Made by a program: the position numbers and the translations under genes | Assembly (NCBI GenBank): GCA_963575745.1 | Contig: CAUYUJ010000024.1 | Span: forward strand, 1-64,000 | Reading direction: 5' to 3' | Length of the DNA stretch: 64,000 bases | DNA from: Prorocentrum cordatum | Taxonomy: Eukaryota | Shown: piece by piece, positions 35,762-48,816 of the stretch | Layout: the number at the start of each line of letters is the position of its first letter | Numbering within the stretch: position 1 is the stretch's first letter | Notes under the pieces: model-generated | What the model saw: the letters and a program-made list of their open reading frames with translations, nothing else | Database searches by the model: none | What the model was told of the DNA's origin: nothing

Positions 35762-36597
35762 TCCTCCTGCTCCTCCTCCTGCTACTCCTCCTCCTGCTCC
35801 TCCTCTCCACCCCTGCCCTCCCCCATCCCCCCCCTCCTCCTCCTCCCCCATCCTGCTCTTGCTCCTTCTCTTGATCCTACTCCTGCCCCTCCTCCTTTGA
35901 TGCTGCTCCTTCTCCCCTGCCCCTCCTCCTCCTCCTGCTCCTCCTGCTCCTCCTCCTCCTCCTCCTCCTCCTCCTCCTCCTCCGCCTCCTCCTCCTCCTC
36001 CTCCCCCTCCTCCTCCCCCTCCTCCTCCTGCTGCTCTTTTCTTCTGCTCCCGGACGCGGGGCCGTCCTGGGGCCGTTCTCTCGGGGCCGAGGAGGGGTCC
36101 ACGGACCGTGGAGGATTCCAGTGGCCGAAGGTGGGTCCACAGGCGTCGACGCGGGTCCCCGGAGCCAGGGGTCCAAAGCCCAGGGTCCAGAATCCATCAA
36201 GGGCGGACGAGGAGGAGGAGGACGAGGAGGAGGAGGAGGAGGAGGAGGAGGACGAGGAGGAGGACGGGGAGGAAGAGGCAAGGGAGGAGACGAAGGCGAA
36301 CGAGGACGAGGGCGAGCACGAAGACAAAGGGCGAGGAGGAGGCCGACATCGGTGACGAGCAGGGGGGGGAGTCTGGGCAGTTCTCTGTTGGGCCTCGGGG
36401 ATTCGTTCCCTACTCCCTGGGGTGGATTTACCGCTCCGGTTCGGTCTGTATCGGTCTGATTCGGCCCCATTCGGTCCACATGCGATCTTGGTTCGGTTCG
36501 GTTTGGGTCTCTACCGCGACCATTCCGGTTCGGTTCGATTCGTCTTGGGGGGGGGGCGCTGGTTCGCGGCCGTTCGATTCAGCCTGGTTCAGTCCAG

Positions 36598-36762
36598 GCA
36601 GTTCTGGAACCGTCCTGCAAAGAAACACTGCGACGGATTTACGCCAGGAAGGAGGCAACACAGTACGAGATTTCCAAGGCTCCAGGAGGGTCGGCCGTCA
36701 GGACCCTCTGGCTGTCGATGGCACTGCTTGCCGTGGCATCGTTTGGCGCTGTGATGCCGTGA
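36598..36762 (+). CDS. Candidate terminal exon with a hydrophobic C-terminus (AVLEPSCKETLRRIYARKEATQYEISKAPGGSAVRTLWLSMALLAVASFGAVMP*)
   Basis: tccAG|g acceptor, 54 open codons to TGA; not in the ORF track. Confidence 0.5.
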   Translation, partial: AVLEPSCKETLRRIYARKEATQYEISKAPGGSAVRTLWLSMALLAVASFGAVMP

Positions 36763-37134
36763 CTAGAACCTAAGCGCGCGTAGCGCGCGTGGTTATATAT
36801 GCTTGTACGCGCGCGCTGTGATGCTGGTACGCGCGCGCGTGCATATATATATATATATATACATAAAAATAGATATATTGATATATAAAGGTATAAGAAC
36901 CACGATTCTTCCTTGAGTTAGACCATGTCGTGTTGTGGCAAACTTAGTTTTTGTTTGATCTTTAGTTTTTTGATGTGCATACATCGAAATTATATATAGC
37001 ATAGTTCGGAAATGTTAGAGCGGGCCCTTGAAGCCCTCTCACCCACACTGCGGTTGTGATCCTCCTCTTCCTCATACTCCTGATCATCATCATCAGCATC
37101 ATCATCATCGCCACCACCATCACCACCATCACCC

Positions 37135-37185
<51 letters not shown>

Positions 37186-38167
37186 ACATCATCATGATCA
37201 TCGTCATCGCAACCATCATCAACATCAGCATTTGCGCCATCATCGGCATGATACTCATTATCACCCTCCTCATCATCATCAGCCCCCCTCCTCCTCCTCC
37301 TCCTCCTCCTCCTCCTCCTCCTCCTCCTCCTCCTCCTCCTCCTCCTCCTCCTCCTCCTCCTCCTCCCTCCTCCCTTCTCATTCCGCCCGTCCTTCCCCAT
37401 CGTTTCCGCTTTGGTGGCGACGGAGTCGGTGACGCGTGAGGCGAATGGGAGGCCGCGTCCAGTTGATTCCTGGATCGAGTTATCATATTTGTGTATGGCT
37501 TTATGGTGCACGCATTTCGTTGTTGCTCATGTTGTTTGAGGTCGGTTTTTTTTTGGTGGTTGTCCATTGCATGATCGTTTCAGCATGTGTTTTGGTTTTG
37601 TGTAATGTGAAGTTTGTTTGTTTACTGCTGTGTATTTTTTCGGCTATCAGCTGTCTAGTTCATTTTTTCAGAAGCAACGATTTGTTTGAGTTCGACCTGG
37701 TTGTTGCATGGAAGCATGTTGTGTTTTTGCTTGATCGACCGGTTGTTTTTTGACGTACGTAGATTTTTTACTGATATAAATATATGTAAACATAGATATG
37801 TAATAGTTCGGATAGATTGGGGCGGGCCTTATAGGGGCGCCTCCGGGGACGCGTGTTGCACCGCAGCCTCCGCCTCGCTTCCCGAACGCCTCCCCAACGC
37901 CGCCCTTTGGGCAGGGATAATGGCGGAAAGGGGGAGGGGAGGATCGAAGGTTTTTGTTGTTGACGTTTTTGGCCTCTGGAGGCCGTTTTCGCGCCTCGGG
38001 GCCGTCGAAAATCAATCTGGGAGTGAAAACCGGGTCGGGGGATTGATTTTGAGCCGATTTCGGTCATATCCAACGCCTGTCCCCCCCCCTTCCACCAACA
38101 AAAACCTTGCCGCCTCGCCTCCCCACGCCTCCCCTGTCCTCCACAATTTCACAATATGAGTGTTGGT

Positions 38168-39000
38168 CTCCTCTTTCCCCTGAGTCTGTCCGGAAGATAT
38201 CATTTACACACAGGATTGGCCAGAGTTGGGTTTCCATGCGTTTTTGTATAATCCGATTCGCTTCGGTCCTCAAAATGTTGCTCCCGCTGCAGCGCTGGCC
38301 CCATGTCTGCTCCTTTGGTTGTTCCAAACTGCGTTCCCGCTGCAGCGCAGGCGTTGTCGGTTCTTCCGAATACGCTTCAACATCTAGAGAATTGCCCCCC
38401 GAGAGCAATATCGGAAGTGATTACACATTCGGTGTCGATTCGTTGGTTCTTTCGGCCGCAGAAGCCGGGGCGTCGTCGTTTTGAGGAAGTATCTAGCGGG
38501 AGCCCCGTTTCTATTTTGAGAAGGCGGTGTTGAAAGCAGAGCCATCCGGTGCTCTCCATCAGCCCCGCCTTGTGGTGAGCCTTTCGGGGGCCCCGAGGAG
38601 CTGGACGTGGAGCCGCAACTCCAGACAGGGCCAGACCTTTCGAAGACGATACACTAACCCACCAAGGGACCCAGCGCCATGCCATGACGTGCTGTGCGGT
38701 GTTGTGTTGTGTTCTGCGCCGCTGTGCGCTTCCATGCTTTCATGCTTTGCATTGCAACGCTGTCTGATGCAATGCTTCACCGCTCAATGCCACGCCATGC
38801 TATGGTATGCTACGCTCTGCCGTGCTCTTCTACGCCATGCCATGCCGTGCTCTACCATGCGTCGCGTACCCTCTCGCGATCCTTGCCTTGCTCGACATCC
38901 GACTGTGCGAACAGAGATGATATCTACGCCATGGCAAAGCGATGGGAGGGAGGGGAGAGGACGCCAGATGTGACGCGAGCGCACCTCGCTTGCCGCCTTC
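38168..39000 (+). repeat. Dispersed repeat family A
   Basis: Collinear with 20740-21365. Confidence 0.85.
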
Positions 39001-39272
39001 CCCTCCCCCATTCCCCTCCTCTCCCTCGTCCCTCTCCTCCCTCTCCTCCTCTCTCCTCCTCTCTCCTCCTCCCTCTCCTCCTCCCTCTCCTCCTCCCTCT
39101 CCTCCCTCTCCTCCTCTCTCCTCCTGCTCCTCCTCCTCCCTCTCCTCCTCCCTCCTCCCCTCGCCCCGCCCCCTCGCCGCCTCCTCGCCGGAGAGGCGGC
39201 GAAACCCCCGCCGGATGCCGTCGCGCAGCTGCCGGCGGTGGTGGCGACGCTGGGCCCCCGACTAGAGAAGGC

Positions 39273-39323
<51 letters not shown>

Positions 39324-40174
39324 GTCGTCGTCGTCCTTGAGGGCGGCGGTGAGGGCGGCGGTGAGGGCGGCGTCGGCGTCGTCGTCGGCGTCTTCTTTCG
39401 CCGTTGTCTGCGCTATAGGTCGTGCCAGGAGCCTCGGTGCCCGCTCCCGCGGCCCGCACGCGCTCCCGCCCGCCGGCCTTTGTGTTGTCCCAGAGCTCCC
39501 CGTCCTGCGCCTCCTCCTGCTCCGTCGCCTCTTCCTCCTCCTCCTCGCCATGTTCCTCTTCCTTCTCCTCCGCCCCTACTCCTCGTCCTTTTGCCCCTCC
39601 TCCTCATCCTCCGCTTCTTCTTCCTCCTCCTCCTCCTCCTCCTCCTCCTCCTCTTCCTCCTCTTCCTCCTCCCTCTGTTTCTCCTCCTCTGCTTCCTCCT
39701 TTTCCTCCTTCTCCTTCTTTTCCTTCTCCTGCTTCTCTTTCGCTTCCTCTGTTTCCTTTTCCTCCTCCTCCTCCTCCTCCTCCTCGTACTTCTCCTCCGC
39801 CTCCTCCTCCTCCGCTGCCTTCGTGGGGTATCTACCGGCGGCGTGCCTGGGGGGAGAACCAGATGGGGCGGGCCTGCTCCGAAGAAGGCTTCTGGCCCGA
39901 CAAGCTGCCTAGGCCTTCCCCGAAGCTTCGGAGAGCTCCCCAGAAGGCCAAGACGGCCTTCGGAGAACTCGCCCAGGCGCCCGCCGAGAGGGCGTGCCGC
40001 CGCGCAGTTCCTCCCCCCCTCGTCGCGCGTGCGGGTGCCGGCCGCGCGCGCAGCACCGGTGGGTCGCAACAGCGCCCTGCCGCACCAGGCGGCGCTTTTG
40101 TACTGTTTGTTTCGCCCCGCTGCTGCCTGGACCTGTGCCCCTTCTTGAGGCAGGCCAGTTCAGTGTCCACAGCC

Positions 40175-40362
40175 TCGAAGAAGGAAAAACGGCACAAGCA
40201 TGAACTGTGGGCGCTCCGTGCGGATGTCTTGGGTTCGCGTTGGGCCCCCCCGCCGGGGCCTCTGGCGGCGCGCTCCAGGGAGGGGGGTCCAGCTCAGATC
40301 CAAGAAGTCCGCGCGGAGCGCCACCAGTTGTTTATGTTTATGCCGTTTTTCTTCTTCTTCTA
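40175..40362. mobile_element. Family E MITE, copy 2, with an apparent 11-bp TSD
   Basis: TIRs as at 18081; flanks tgtccacagcc/tgtccatagcc (10/11). Confidence 0.8.
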
Positions 40363-40394
40363 TGTCCATAGCCACTGTGTCCCTCAATAGTTCT

Positions 40395-40660
40395 GGGGGG
40401 CACCTGTAGTCCGGGGAGGGTACCAGTAGTCCGGGGGAGGGGTACTTCTAGTCCAGGTGAGGGGTACTTGCAGTCAGGGGGGGTGCCTGGGGGGGAACGT
40501 GTGTTCACGCGTCAACGCACGCGTGGATGTAGTCTTGGGGGGGTACCTGCAGTCCGTGGGGGGGTACCTGTAGTCCAGGGGGGGTACCTGTACTGTAGTC
40601 CCGGGGAGGGGTACTTGTGGTCCGGGGAGAGGGTAGTCCAGGGGGTACTTGTAGCCCAGG
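40395..40660 (+). repeat. About 20-bp degenerate minisatellite (ggggtacctgtagtcc)
   Basis: About 10 units. Confidence 0.85.
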
Positions 40661-41669
40661 GGCCCAGAACTATAGAGGGATACAGAGTAATCCTTCTCTT
40701 CCTCCTCCTCCTTCTCCCCCTCCTCCTCCTCCTCCTCCTCCTCCTCCTCCTCCTCCTTCTTCGCCTCCTCCTCCTCCTCCTCCTCCTCCTCCTCCTCCTC
40801 CTCGTCCCCCTCCCCCTCCTCCTCCCCCTCCTCAGCACGCGTTGGCCTACGTTTTGGCGAACGCCTCGCGCCATACGCAATTTTGGAGTTTGTGTGTGGA
40901 GAGTCGCGACCGTACGCTCTGGTTGACGTGCTGCGCATCAAGGCAGTTGAGCCTACCAGTAGCTCAGCCTGGCCGCACCACCAGGAGGACGAGGAGGTGG
41001 CGGAGGAGGAGGAGGAGGAAGAGGAGACCGAGGGGGGGAAAAGGAAGAAAGCGGGAGGAGAGGGAGGGAAGGGGGGGGCAAGGCGAGGCAGGATAAATGG
41101 AAAGGACAAAGAGCAAAGGCGTCCTGGGAGGCTGGGTTTTAAAGGAGGAATCTCTGCATATTACCATCGGGGAGCCAGAGCTTCCCTACAGTTGCACGCA
41201 TGGTCGGCAGGCTGCCATCAAACTCGGCGTCCGCCCCAGCGCCGCAAACATACGCTTCAACGGTCAACACATCCAAGGCGCCAAGAGAAGGTCACGGAAA
41301 AAGTTCGAAAGGAGTAGGAGGCGGAGGAGGTTGAGGAGGAGGGGGGAGGATGAGGCGGAGGAGGAGGGGAGGAGGAGGAGGTGAGGAGGAGGAGGAGGAG
41401 GAGGAGGAGGAGGAGGGGAGGGGAGGGGGAGGAGGAGAGGAGGAGGAGGAGGGAGGAGAGGAAGGAGGAGAGGGGAGGAGGAGGAGGAGGAGGGGAGAGG
41501 AGGAGGAGGAGGAGGAGGAGGAGGAGGAGGAGGAGGAGGAGGAGGAGGAGGAGGAGGGAGGAGGGAGGAGGAGGAGGAGGAGGAGGAGGCGGAGGAGGGG
41601 GAGCAGGAGGAGGAGGAGGCGGAGGAGGAGGAGGAGGAGGAGGAGAGGAGGAGGGAGGAGGACGCTCGA

Positions 41670-41753
41670 GGTGCGGCTCTGGTTCCTGGGGCCGCCTCCT
41701 GGATCCAGGCCGTGGAAGCCAACGATGCGGCTGAGGCCCGCCGTGGCCTGGAG
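41670..41753 (+). CDS. Possible exon (AALVPGAASWIQAVEANDAAEARRGLE)
   Basis: Protein-like island after cgAG|g between (GAG)n and (CTC)n tracts; linkage to other exons unknown. Confidence 0.35.
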
Positions 41754-42625
41754 GGCCTACCTCCTCCTTGTGCTCCTCCTCCTCCTCCTCCTCCTCCTCC
41801 TCCTCCTTCTCCTTCTCCTTCTCCTCCTCCTCCTCCTCCTCCTCCCCCTCCTCCTCCTCCTCCTCTCCTCCTCCTCATCCTCCTCCCCCTCTCCTCTTCC
41901 CCCTCCTCCCCCTCCTAATTACTCCTCCTCCTCCTCCTCCTCCTCCTCCTCCTCCTCCTCCGCCCGCACCTTGCTCAGCGTTCCTGGCGGCAGCTCGATG
42001 CCGGCAGCTACGTGGGTGCAGGGCGCATCGCTTGCAGATTCTGGCTCGCGTTTAAGCGCAGCGCACGCACGTCGCACAGTGATGGGGCACGTTCTTCTGG
42101 CGCTGGCCAGGGTATGGAGGACCACGGGGAGGGCGGGGGGAGGAGGGGGGGTACCAGAGGCGGAGGAGGAAGAGGAGGAGGCGGAGGCGGAGGAGGAGGA
42201 GGGGGAGGAGGAGGAGGAGGAGGAGGAGGAGGAGGAGGAGGAGGAGCTTTTTTACTCGACGAAGGGGCCTGTGTGCTGGGAGAAGAAGAGGTGTACAGTA
42301 CAGCAAGACCGTCGCAGGACCCCATCAGGTCCATGTTCTCTCTCGGCGGCGCGTCTGGGGCACGCTCGACAACGCTGCTCGGGACGGCAGCCCGTGGTCG
42401 AGGTGGCAGGCCAGGCGCGGATGAATATCCGCTACACGAGCCCAGGGACTAACAATGCCGCCGCCTCTTCGTCTGCATCAAGACATTACTCGTGCGCAGG
42501 TTTGCGCACAGCCCGCTGGCATCGCGCCAGTGAGGGGCTATGCTGGGCCCGCGGGGGGCGCGATTTTGTAATTTTAAGGTCGCAACGCTACCTGAAGAGG
42601 TATGCCGCCGCCTCTTCATCTGCAT

Positions 42626-43243
42626 TCACTGCTGCACTGTGCGGGAGTCCGAGGGTGAAGGATCGAGGGGGTCAGAGAGGCGCAGATCGCTCAGCAGTTG
42701 GATGTGTCGCGTGGTTAGCCTATTGATGACCCACAGACAGTCGGCGGAGTCCCCCAAAGAGTGGGACGCCGTCCCAGCCATCGTGCGCTCGAGGGCCGCG
42801 GTCACCATCTCCTCGCCGTTGCGCCACTTCAGGTCGACAAGCGCGTCGCTACACGCATGGGCGAAGGCGTCGTAGGCGTCAATGGGGATGGCGTCGTCCT
42901 CCACCTCCCCATCCAGCTCCTCCTCGGCGTAGGTGTCGATCGGGGGGTCCGTCGTTGCGTGGTCGTCCTCCGTCGTGTTGGTCGCGTCCACCAGAATGAC
43001 CGTGTTCGACTTCCCGCGCTTGTGCATCGTTTCGTAGCACGCGACACAGAAATAGTCGTCGTACGTCTCGGTATCCACGTGCGGCATCTTCACGGCGCAG
43101 CTGGAGCAGAGGATGTCGATCGTCGTGCCGTCCAGGTCACAAACGTCGTAGGTCTTCGACTCGATGCGGTCATCGGGGACGGTCACTAGCATGTCCTTGT
43201 CCGACTTCCCGTGGAGGAGATTCTTCGGCTCGCCATCGGAGAC
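42626..43243 (-). pseudogene. 5'-truncated intronless ORF with a B-box-like zinc finger and an acidic region
   Basis: CDLD...LCSSC...FCVACYETMHKRGK; GC3-rich; about 205 open codons with the 5' end abutting a microsatellite. Confidence 0.6.
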
Positions 43244-44977
43244 GAGGAGGAGGAGGAGGAGGAGGAGAAGCAGGAGGAGGAGGGAGGAGGAGGACCCTCT
43301 CTCCGCCCTTCTCTTCCCGCTCCCCGCCCTCCTCTTTCTTCGCCCGTCCTCCTGGAGCCGTGCCTGCTCAGGCCGTTTCCGGCCCACGCCGCCCACGAGC
43401 CCCCCCCCCACGACACCACCCCAGACCTCCAGCGCCTTGCTCGCTTTCACCCGGACGTCGGGCGTCTCGAAGACATCTGGACGCAGGTTTTTCGCCCATT
43501 TCGGCCCGTCGCCGGCCCTCGCTGGGCCTCGGGACCGCCAGAAAACGACTCGGGATGAGAAGCCGACCCCGGGGGGAGGAGGGGGAGGAGGGGGAGGAGG
43601 AGAAGGAGGAGGAGGAGGAGGAGGAGGAGGAGGAGGAGGAGGAGGAGGAGGAGGAGGAGGAGGAGGAGGAGGAGGAGAGGAGGCGGAGGAGGAGGAGGAG
43701 GAGGAGGAGGAGGAGGAGGAGGAGGAGGAGGAGGAGGAGGAGGAGGAGGAGGAGGAGGAGGAGGAGGAGGAGGAGGGGAGAAGAAGGGGAGGAGGAGAGG
43801 AGGAGGGAGAGGAGGAGGAGGAGGAGGAGAGGAGGAGGAGGAGGAGAGGAGGAGGAGGAGGAGGGAGGAGGAGGAGGAGGAGGAGGGGAAGTGTGGGGAG
43901 GTCGGGGGCCCGTGCTCGAGCAACAGCGAGGCGTCGGACGTTCTGGGCATGGCGGGCCCCGCGGAGCTCTCAGAGCCACCTCCCGCCCGACGCCTCGCTC
44001 TCTTCGTGACGCGGGCCCCCCCCCCCCCGACCTCCCGACCGCTTCCAGAAGGGAGATCCGTGCCTCATCCCCGGTTGCTTTTGGACGGCCCCGAGGCCCG
44101 GCGAGGGCCCCGAGGGGCCGAAAGCGGGGCAAACTCGCCGCCTCGAGGTTCTGCGAAAGGGGCCCGCAACACCTCCGCCTCGATGGCTCCTCTTCCCCGA
44201 AGGGGCCCCGAGAGCGGGGAAGGCTCGCCGCCTCGAGGTTCTGCGAGGCGCCCGCTGTCTGGGCAGGGGCCAGCTCCTCGTCGTCCCGGAGCGGCGCCGC
44301 GCAGAGTCCGCCGGGGCCCGGCGCGGGCCCCCCCCCCCCCCCCGGGCACCGCCGAGGGCGAGCGGCGTCCGCGCCTCGGCCCTGCGTCTCCTCGAGGCCT
44401 TGGCGTCGCTCGGACGTGTGCACTTCTTCCTCGGCGAGAACCATCGAGGACCATCCTGGACCATCGAGCAGGAACAACTTGTTTGATCTTCGGGGCGAGA
44501 GCGAGCCTCTTCCGCTAAAGGCTAAGCGGGGCGCGCACAGCTTTCAGTAGCAGAGAAAGGGCGGAAGAAGGCGGGGCCTCACACGGCCGGGAGAGGGCGA
44601 AGCCCTGGGATCAGGCGGTGCCGAAGTCGATGTGCAGGAAAAGGTACACCTTGGACAGGAGCCCGGTGGTGAAGTCCCGGGAGGTAGAAAACCGGTGGTG
44701 GTGCCGTCAGCGGCTCTTCGACAACACCAGCCTCACAAACTGCGGGAGAGGACGCGCCACGTCACCAAGTCGACGTCCGAGAGGAAGAGGAGCACCGAGC
44801 AGGAAAAACACGCGCGAGACCGAGACAGAATGCGCGGGAGATGGGCGCCCGAGCGATGGCGAGAGGCGCGCGGGAGGTCCCCAGACCCCCGACGCCCCAT
44901 GTTTTTTTCACGGCGTCGACCCCCAGAGGTCTCGACGTACGTCGGGCACGTCCCGCTACGGGGGGAGTGCTCAAACA

Positions 44978-45192
44978 TTTTGGACGCCCGAAGTGGGTAC
45001 GGAAAAAATGGGCACAACGCCCAACAACAACTGTCGTCCCAAACCAACGGCGGCCGCTGTTGGGCAGGCGGCCTCCTGTCTCAAATGGACACAGGCCGCG
45101 GCGACACCGACAGCGAGTCCTGTTCAAAATGATCAGGAACTGCTGTTGGGTTTTGTGCTCATTGTTTCCGTACCCGTCTCGGGCGTCCAAAA
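44978..45192. mobile_element. MITE-like element with about 52-bp TIRs and a 5-bp TSD
   Basis: ttttggacgcccga...gggtacggaaa.aatg.gcacaa inverted at both ends; flanks aaaca/aaaca. Confidence 0.85.
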
Positions 45193-45742
45193 AAACATAG
45201 TCCGAACATGGTCTGGGGACGAGTCTTTTGACTATGGTCGGCCGTTTTCGAACATCTGTTTGCCCTTTTTTCGTACAACATCCCCCTGTAGGATGACACG
45301 CCCGAATCCCCCGGGACCGCTCTTTCCTCCCGGGCCGTTTCTTAAGGACGTCCGGCCCCGAGAGGCCCGGCGCGGGCCGCCCGAGGCCGGAGGCGGCAGC
45401 CCGCCGCCCGCCGCGCTCGCTTCCCGACGCGAGGGTATCTGGGCCTGGGGCTCCACAGTCTAGGCCTAGAGGGGGAGGAGGAGGAGGAGGAGGAGGAGGA
45501 GGAGGAGGAGGAGGAGGAGGAGGAGGAGGAGGAGGAGGAGGAGGAGGAGCAGGAGGAGGAGGAGGGAGGAGGAGGAGGAGGAGGAGGAGGTCAGGGTGGC
45601 GCTGGGTCGGAGCAGATGGGGTCGGAGGATTCGGTCGCAGGCCGTCGGTTTCGGTCGCAGGCCGTTTTCCCTAAGGGGAGGTTTACTAAAGGGGCCGAGA
45701 GGGGCTCTGGGTCTGGGGCTCCACAGTCCAGGCCTCTTAGGT

Positions 45743-45955
45743 GGGGTCGGAGCAGACGGGGTCGGAGGACCGCGCCGCATCGCCGATGCATCGCCGATGC
45801 GCTTCGCTGTGGAGCCCGTTCTGCTTCGCGTCGACGTCGCCGATGCATCGCCGACGTCGACGATGCGTCGCCGGCGCGTCGCCGAGACGTCGCCGATGCA
45901 TCGCCGATGTACCGGCGATGCGGCGCGATCCTCCGACCCCATTTGCTCGGACCCC
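45743..45955. mobile_element. Palindromic MITE-like element with about 43-bp TIRs
   Basis: ggggtcggagcagacggggtcggaggaccgcgccgcatcgccg versus its near reverse complement at 45913-45955. Confidence 0.75.
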
Positions 45956-46399
45956 GTCTAGGATCGGGAGCGGCAAAATGGGGGTGATGACTAGGGGGGG
46001 GTGGATATCATGGCGTGGGCCACGATAATTTCCCCAGATGTCATGGCTCCTCTTCTTGTTTCAGTGCGTCCCTGGCACCCAACCCGGGCCGCGCACATGC
46101 CGCCGGCCATGATTTGCGCCCCCCCCTCTTCGACGCCCCCCTCTTCCCAGAGATCCGACGTCGTGATTTTTTCAATACGGGGTCCCTGGAAGTCTCGACC
46201 CATTCCCCAGGACAGGTTTTTCATCCCGAGTCGTGTTTTGACGGTCCCGAGGCCCGGCGAGGGCCCCTTCAAGCCGAAAACGGCGAAAAACCTCCGTCTT
46301 GATTTTTCCCCATATCCTAAGGATTGGGGTTCTTGTTATTACTCTGACGCCTCCCACTCCTCCTCCTTCCTCCCGCCTCCCGCCTCCCTCCTCCCATCA

Positions 46400-46655
46400 C
46401 CAGATAAGACAAGACAAGATAAGATACTACAAGATAAGATAAGATAGCACAATATATGATAATGTAAGATAAGATATATGACAAGGTATGATAATATATA
46501 AGATAAGACAGCCTATGGAGTAATAAGACAAGACAAGATATGATGCGATAAGATGAGTTGCTATAAGATAAGCTAAGACAATATAAGAGATTTCAAGATA
46601 AGATAAGATAGAGGGTAATAAAGGTAATATAAGATAGGACTCGATAAGATAAGAT
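46400..46655 (+). repeat. Degenerate (GATAA)n
   Basis: Direct inspection. Confidence 0.9.
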
Positions 46656-46712
46656 GAGACTCATTCTCACTCAGACTCACTCACAGTCACATTCACTCAC
46701 ACTCACACTCTC

Positions 46713-47520
46713 TCATGATCACAAAACGCTGCCAGGGGCATCATTTGGGAGCCCCAAGGGGGAGCCACCCTGGCTGATCTCACGAGCCCGTTCGCGCCGA
46801 TTTTGGTGGGACGCCTCAGCTAGAATTGCCGTTTGGCCTCCCCAACATGTATCTCTTGAGAGCCTCATGGTCACAAAACGCTGCCAGGGGCATCATTTGG
46901 GAGCCCCAAGGGGGAGCCACCCTGGCTGATCTCACGAGCCCGTTCGCGCCGATTTTGGTGGGACGCCTCAGCTAGAATTGCCGTTTGGCGCCCCCAACAT
47001 GTATCTCTTGAGAGCCTCATGGTCACAAAACGCTGCCAGGGGCATCATTTGGGAGCCCCAAGGGGGAGCCACCCTGGCTGATCTCACGAGCCCGTTCGCG
47101 CCGATTTTGGTGGGACGCCTCAGCTAGAATTGCCGTTTGGCCTCCCCAACATGTATCTCTTGAGAGCCTCATGGTCACAAAACGCTGCCAGGGGCATCAT
47201 TTGGGAGCCCCAAGGGGGAGCCACCCTGGCTGATCTCACGAGCCCGTTCGCGCCGATTTTGGTGGGACGTCTCAGCTAGAATTGCCGTTTGGCGCCCCCA
47301 ACATGTATCTCTTGAGAGCCTCATGGTCGCAAAACGCTGCCAGGGGCATCATTTGGGAGCCCCAAGGGGGAGCCACCCTGGCTGATCTCACGAGCCCGTT
47401 CGCGCCGATTTTGGTGGGACGTCTCAGCTAAAATTGCCGTTTGGCCTCCCCAACATGTCTCTCTTGAGAGCCTCATGGTCGCAAAACGCTGCCAGGGGCA
47501 TCATTTGGGAGCCCCAGGGG
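46713..47520 (+). repeat. 152-bp tandem repeat, 5 near-identical units plus a partial unit
   Basis: Equivalent positions at 46721, 46873, 47025, 47177, 47329 and 47481. Confidence 0.95.
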
Positions 47521-47789
47521 GGGTCCACCAGGGGCTTCATAGTCACCAAACGCTGCCAGGGGCAGCATTTTGGCTTCCCAAAGAGGAGTCGGCCCGGGCC
47601 TCATGGTCGCCAGACACTGCCAGGGGCACCATTGGGATTCAGACTCGCACCCAGACTCACTCATACACAAGCTCACTCACACTCAGATTCATTTCTTCAG
47701 AGTCAGGCACACACAGACGTACCCATACTCAGACTCACCCACACTCAGGCTCACCTAACCCAGACTCCGTCAGAAGCCAGTAGCGAAGA

Positions 47790-47795
47790 GAGCAG

Positions 47796-47854
<59 letters not shown>

Positions 47855-47860
47855 GGAGAG

Positions 47861-47906
<46 letters not shown>

Positions 47907-47915
47907 GGAGAGAGC

Positions 47916-47948
<33 letters not shown>

Positions 47949-48051
47949 CGCGCGAGCGCGAGCGCGAGCGCGAGCGCAAGCGCGAGCGCGAGCGAGAGAG
48001 AGAGAGAGCGAGCGAGCGAGCGAGCGAGAGAGAGAGAGAGAGAGAGAGCGA

Positions 48052-48085
<34 letters not shown>

Positions 48086-48180
48086 TATATATATATAGAG
48101 AGAGAGAGAGAGAAGGAGAGAAAGAGAGAGAGAGAGAGAGAGAGCAAGAGAGAGAGAGAGAGAGGCAGCGAGAGAGAGGG

Positions 48181-48237
<57 letters not shown>

Positions 48238-48292
48238 AGAGAGAGAGGGGGAGTTGAGAGAGGAGACAGGCGAGAGAAAGAGAGAAGAGAGA

Positions 48293-48363
<71 letters not shown>

Positions 48364-48627
48364 AGAAGAGAGAGGAGAGCGAGAGAGAGAGAAAGTGGAG
48401 GAGAGAGGGGGGGGGCGAGAGAGAGAGATGAGAGGAGACGAGAAGAGAGAGAGATGAGAGAGAGAAAGAGAGAGAGCGAGAGAGCGGGAAGAGCGAGAGA
48501 GAGAGAGAGCAGAGAGAGAGAGAGAGCGGGAGAGAGCGAGGGAGAGCGAGAGAGAGCGAGAGAGAGCGAGTGAGAGCGAGAGAGAGAGAGAGGAAGATAG
48601 AGAGAGAGCAAGAGAGAGCGAGAGAGC

Positions 48628-48665
<38 letters not shown>

Positions 48666-48704
48666 CGAGGGAAGAAAGAGAGAGATATAGAGAAAGAGAG
48701 AGAG

Positions 48705-48745
<41 letters not shown>

Positions 48746-48781
48746 AGAGAAGAGAAGAGAAGCGAAGAGAAGAGAGAGAGC

Positions 48782-48816
<35 letters not shown>

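Noticed and set aside
47563..47577. gcagcattttggctt as a spliced-leader relic
   Set aside because: A variant of the adjacent tandem-repeat unit; match too short
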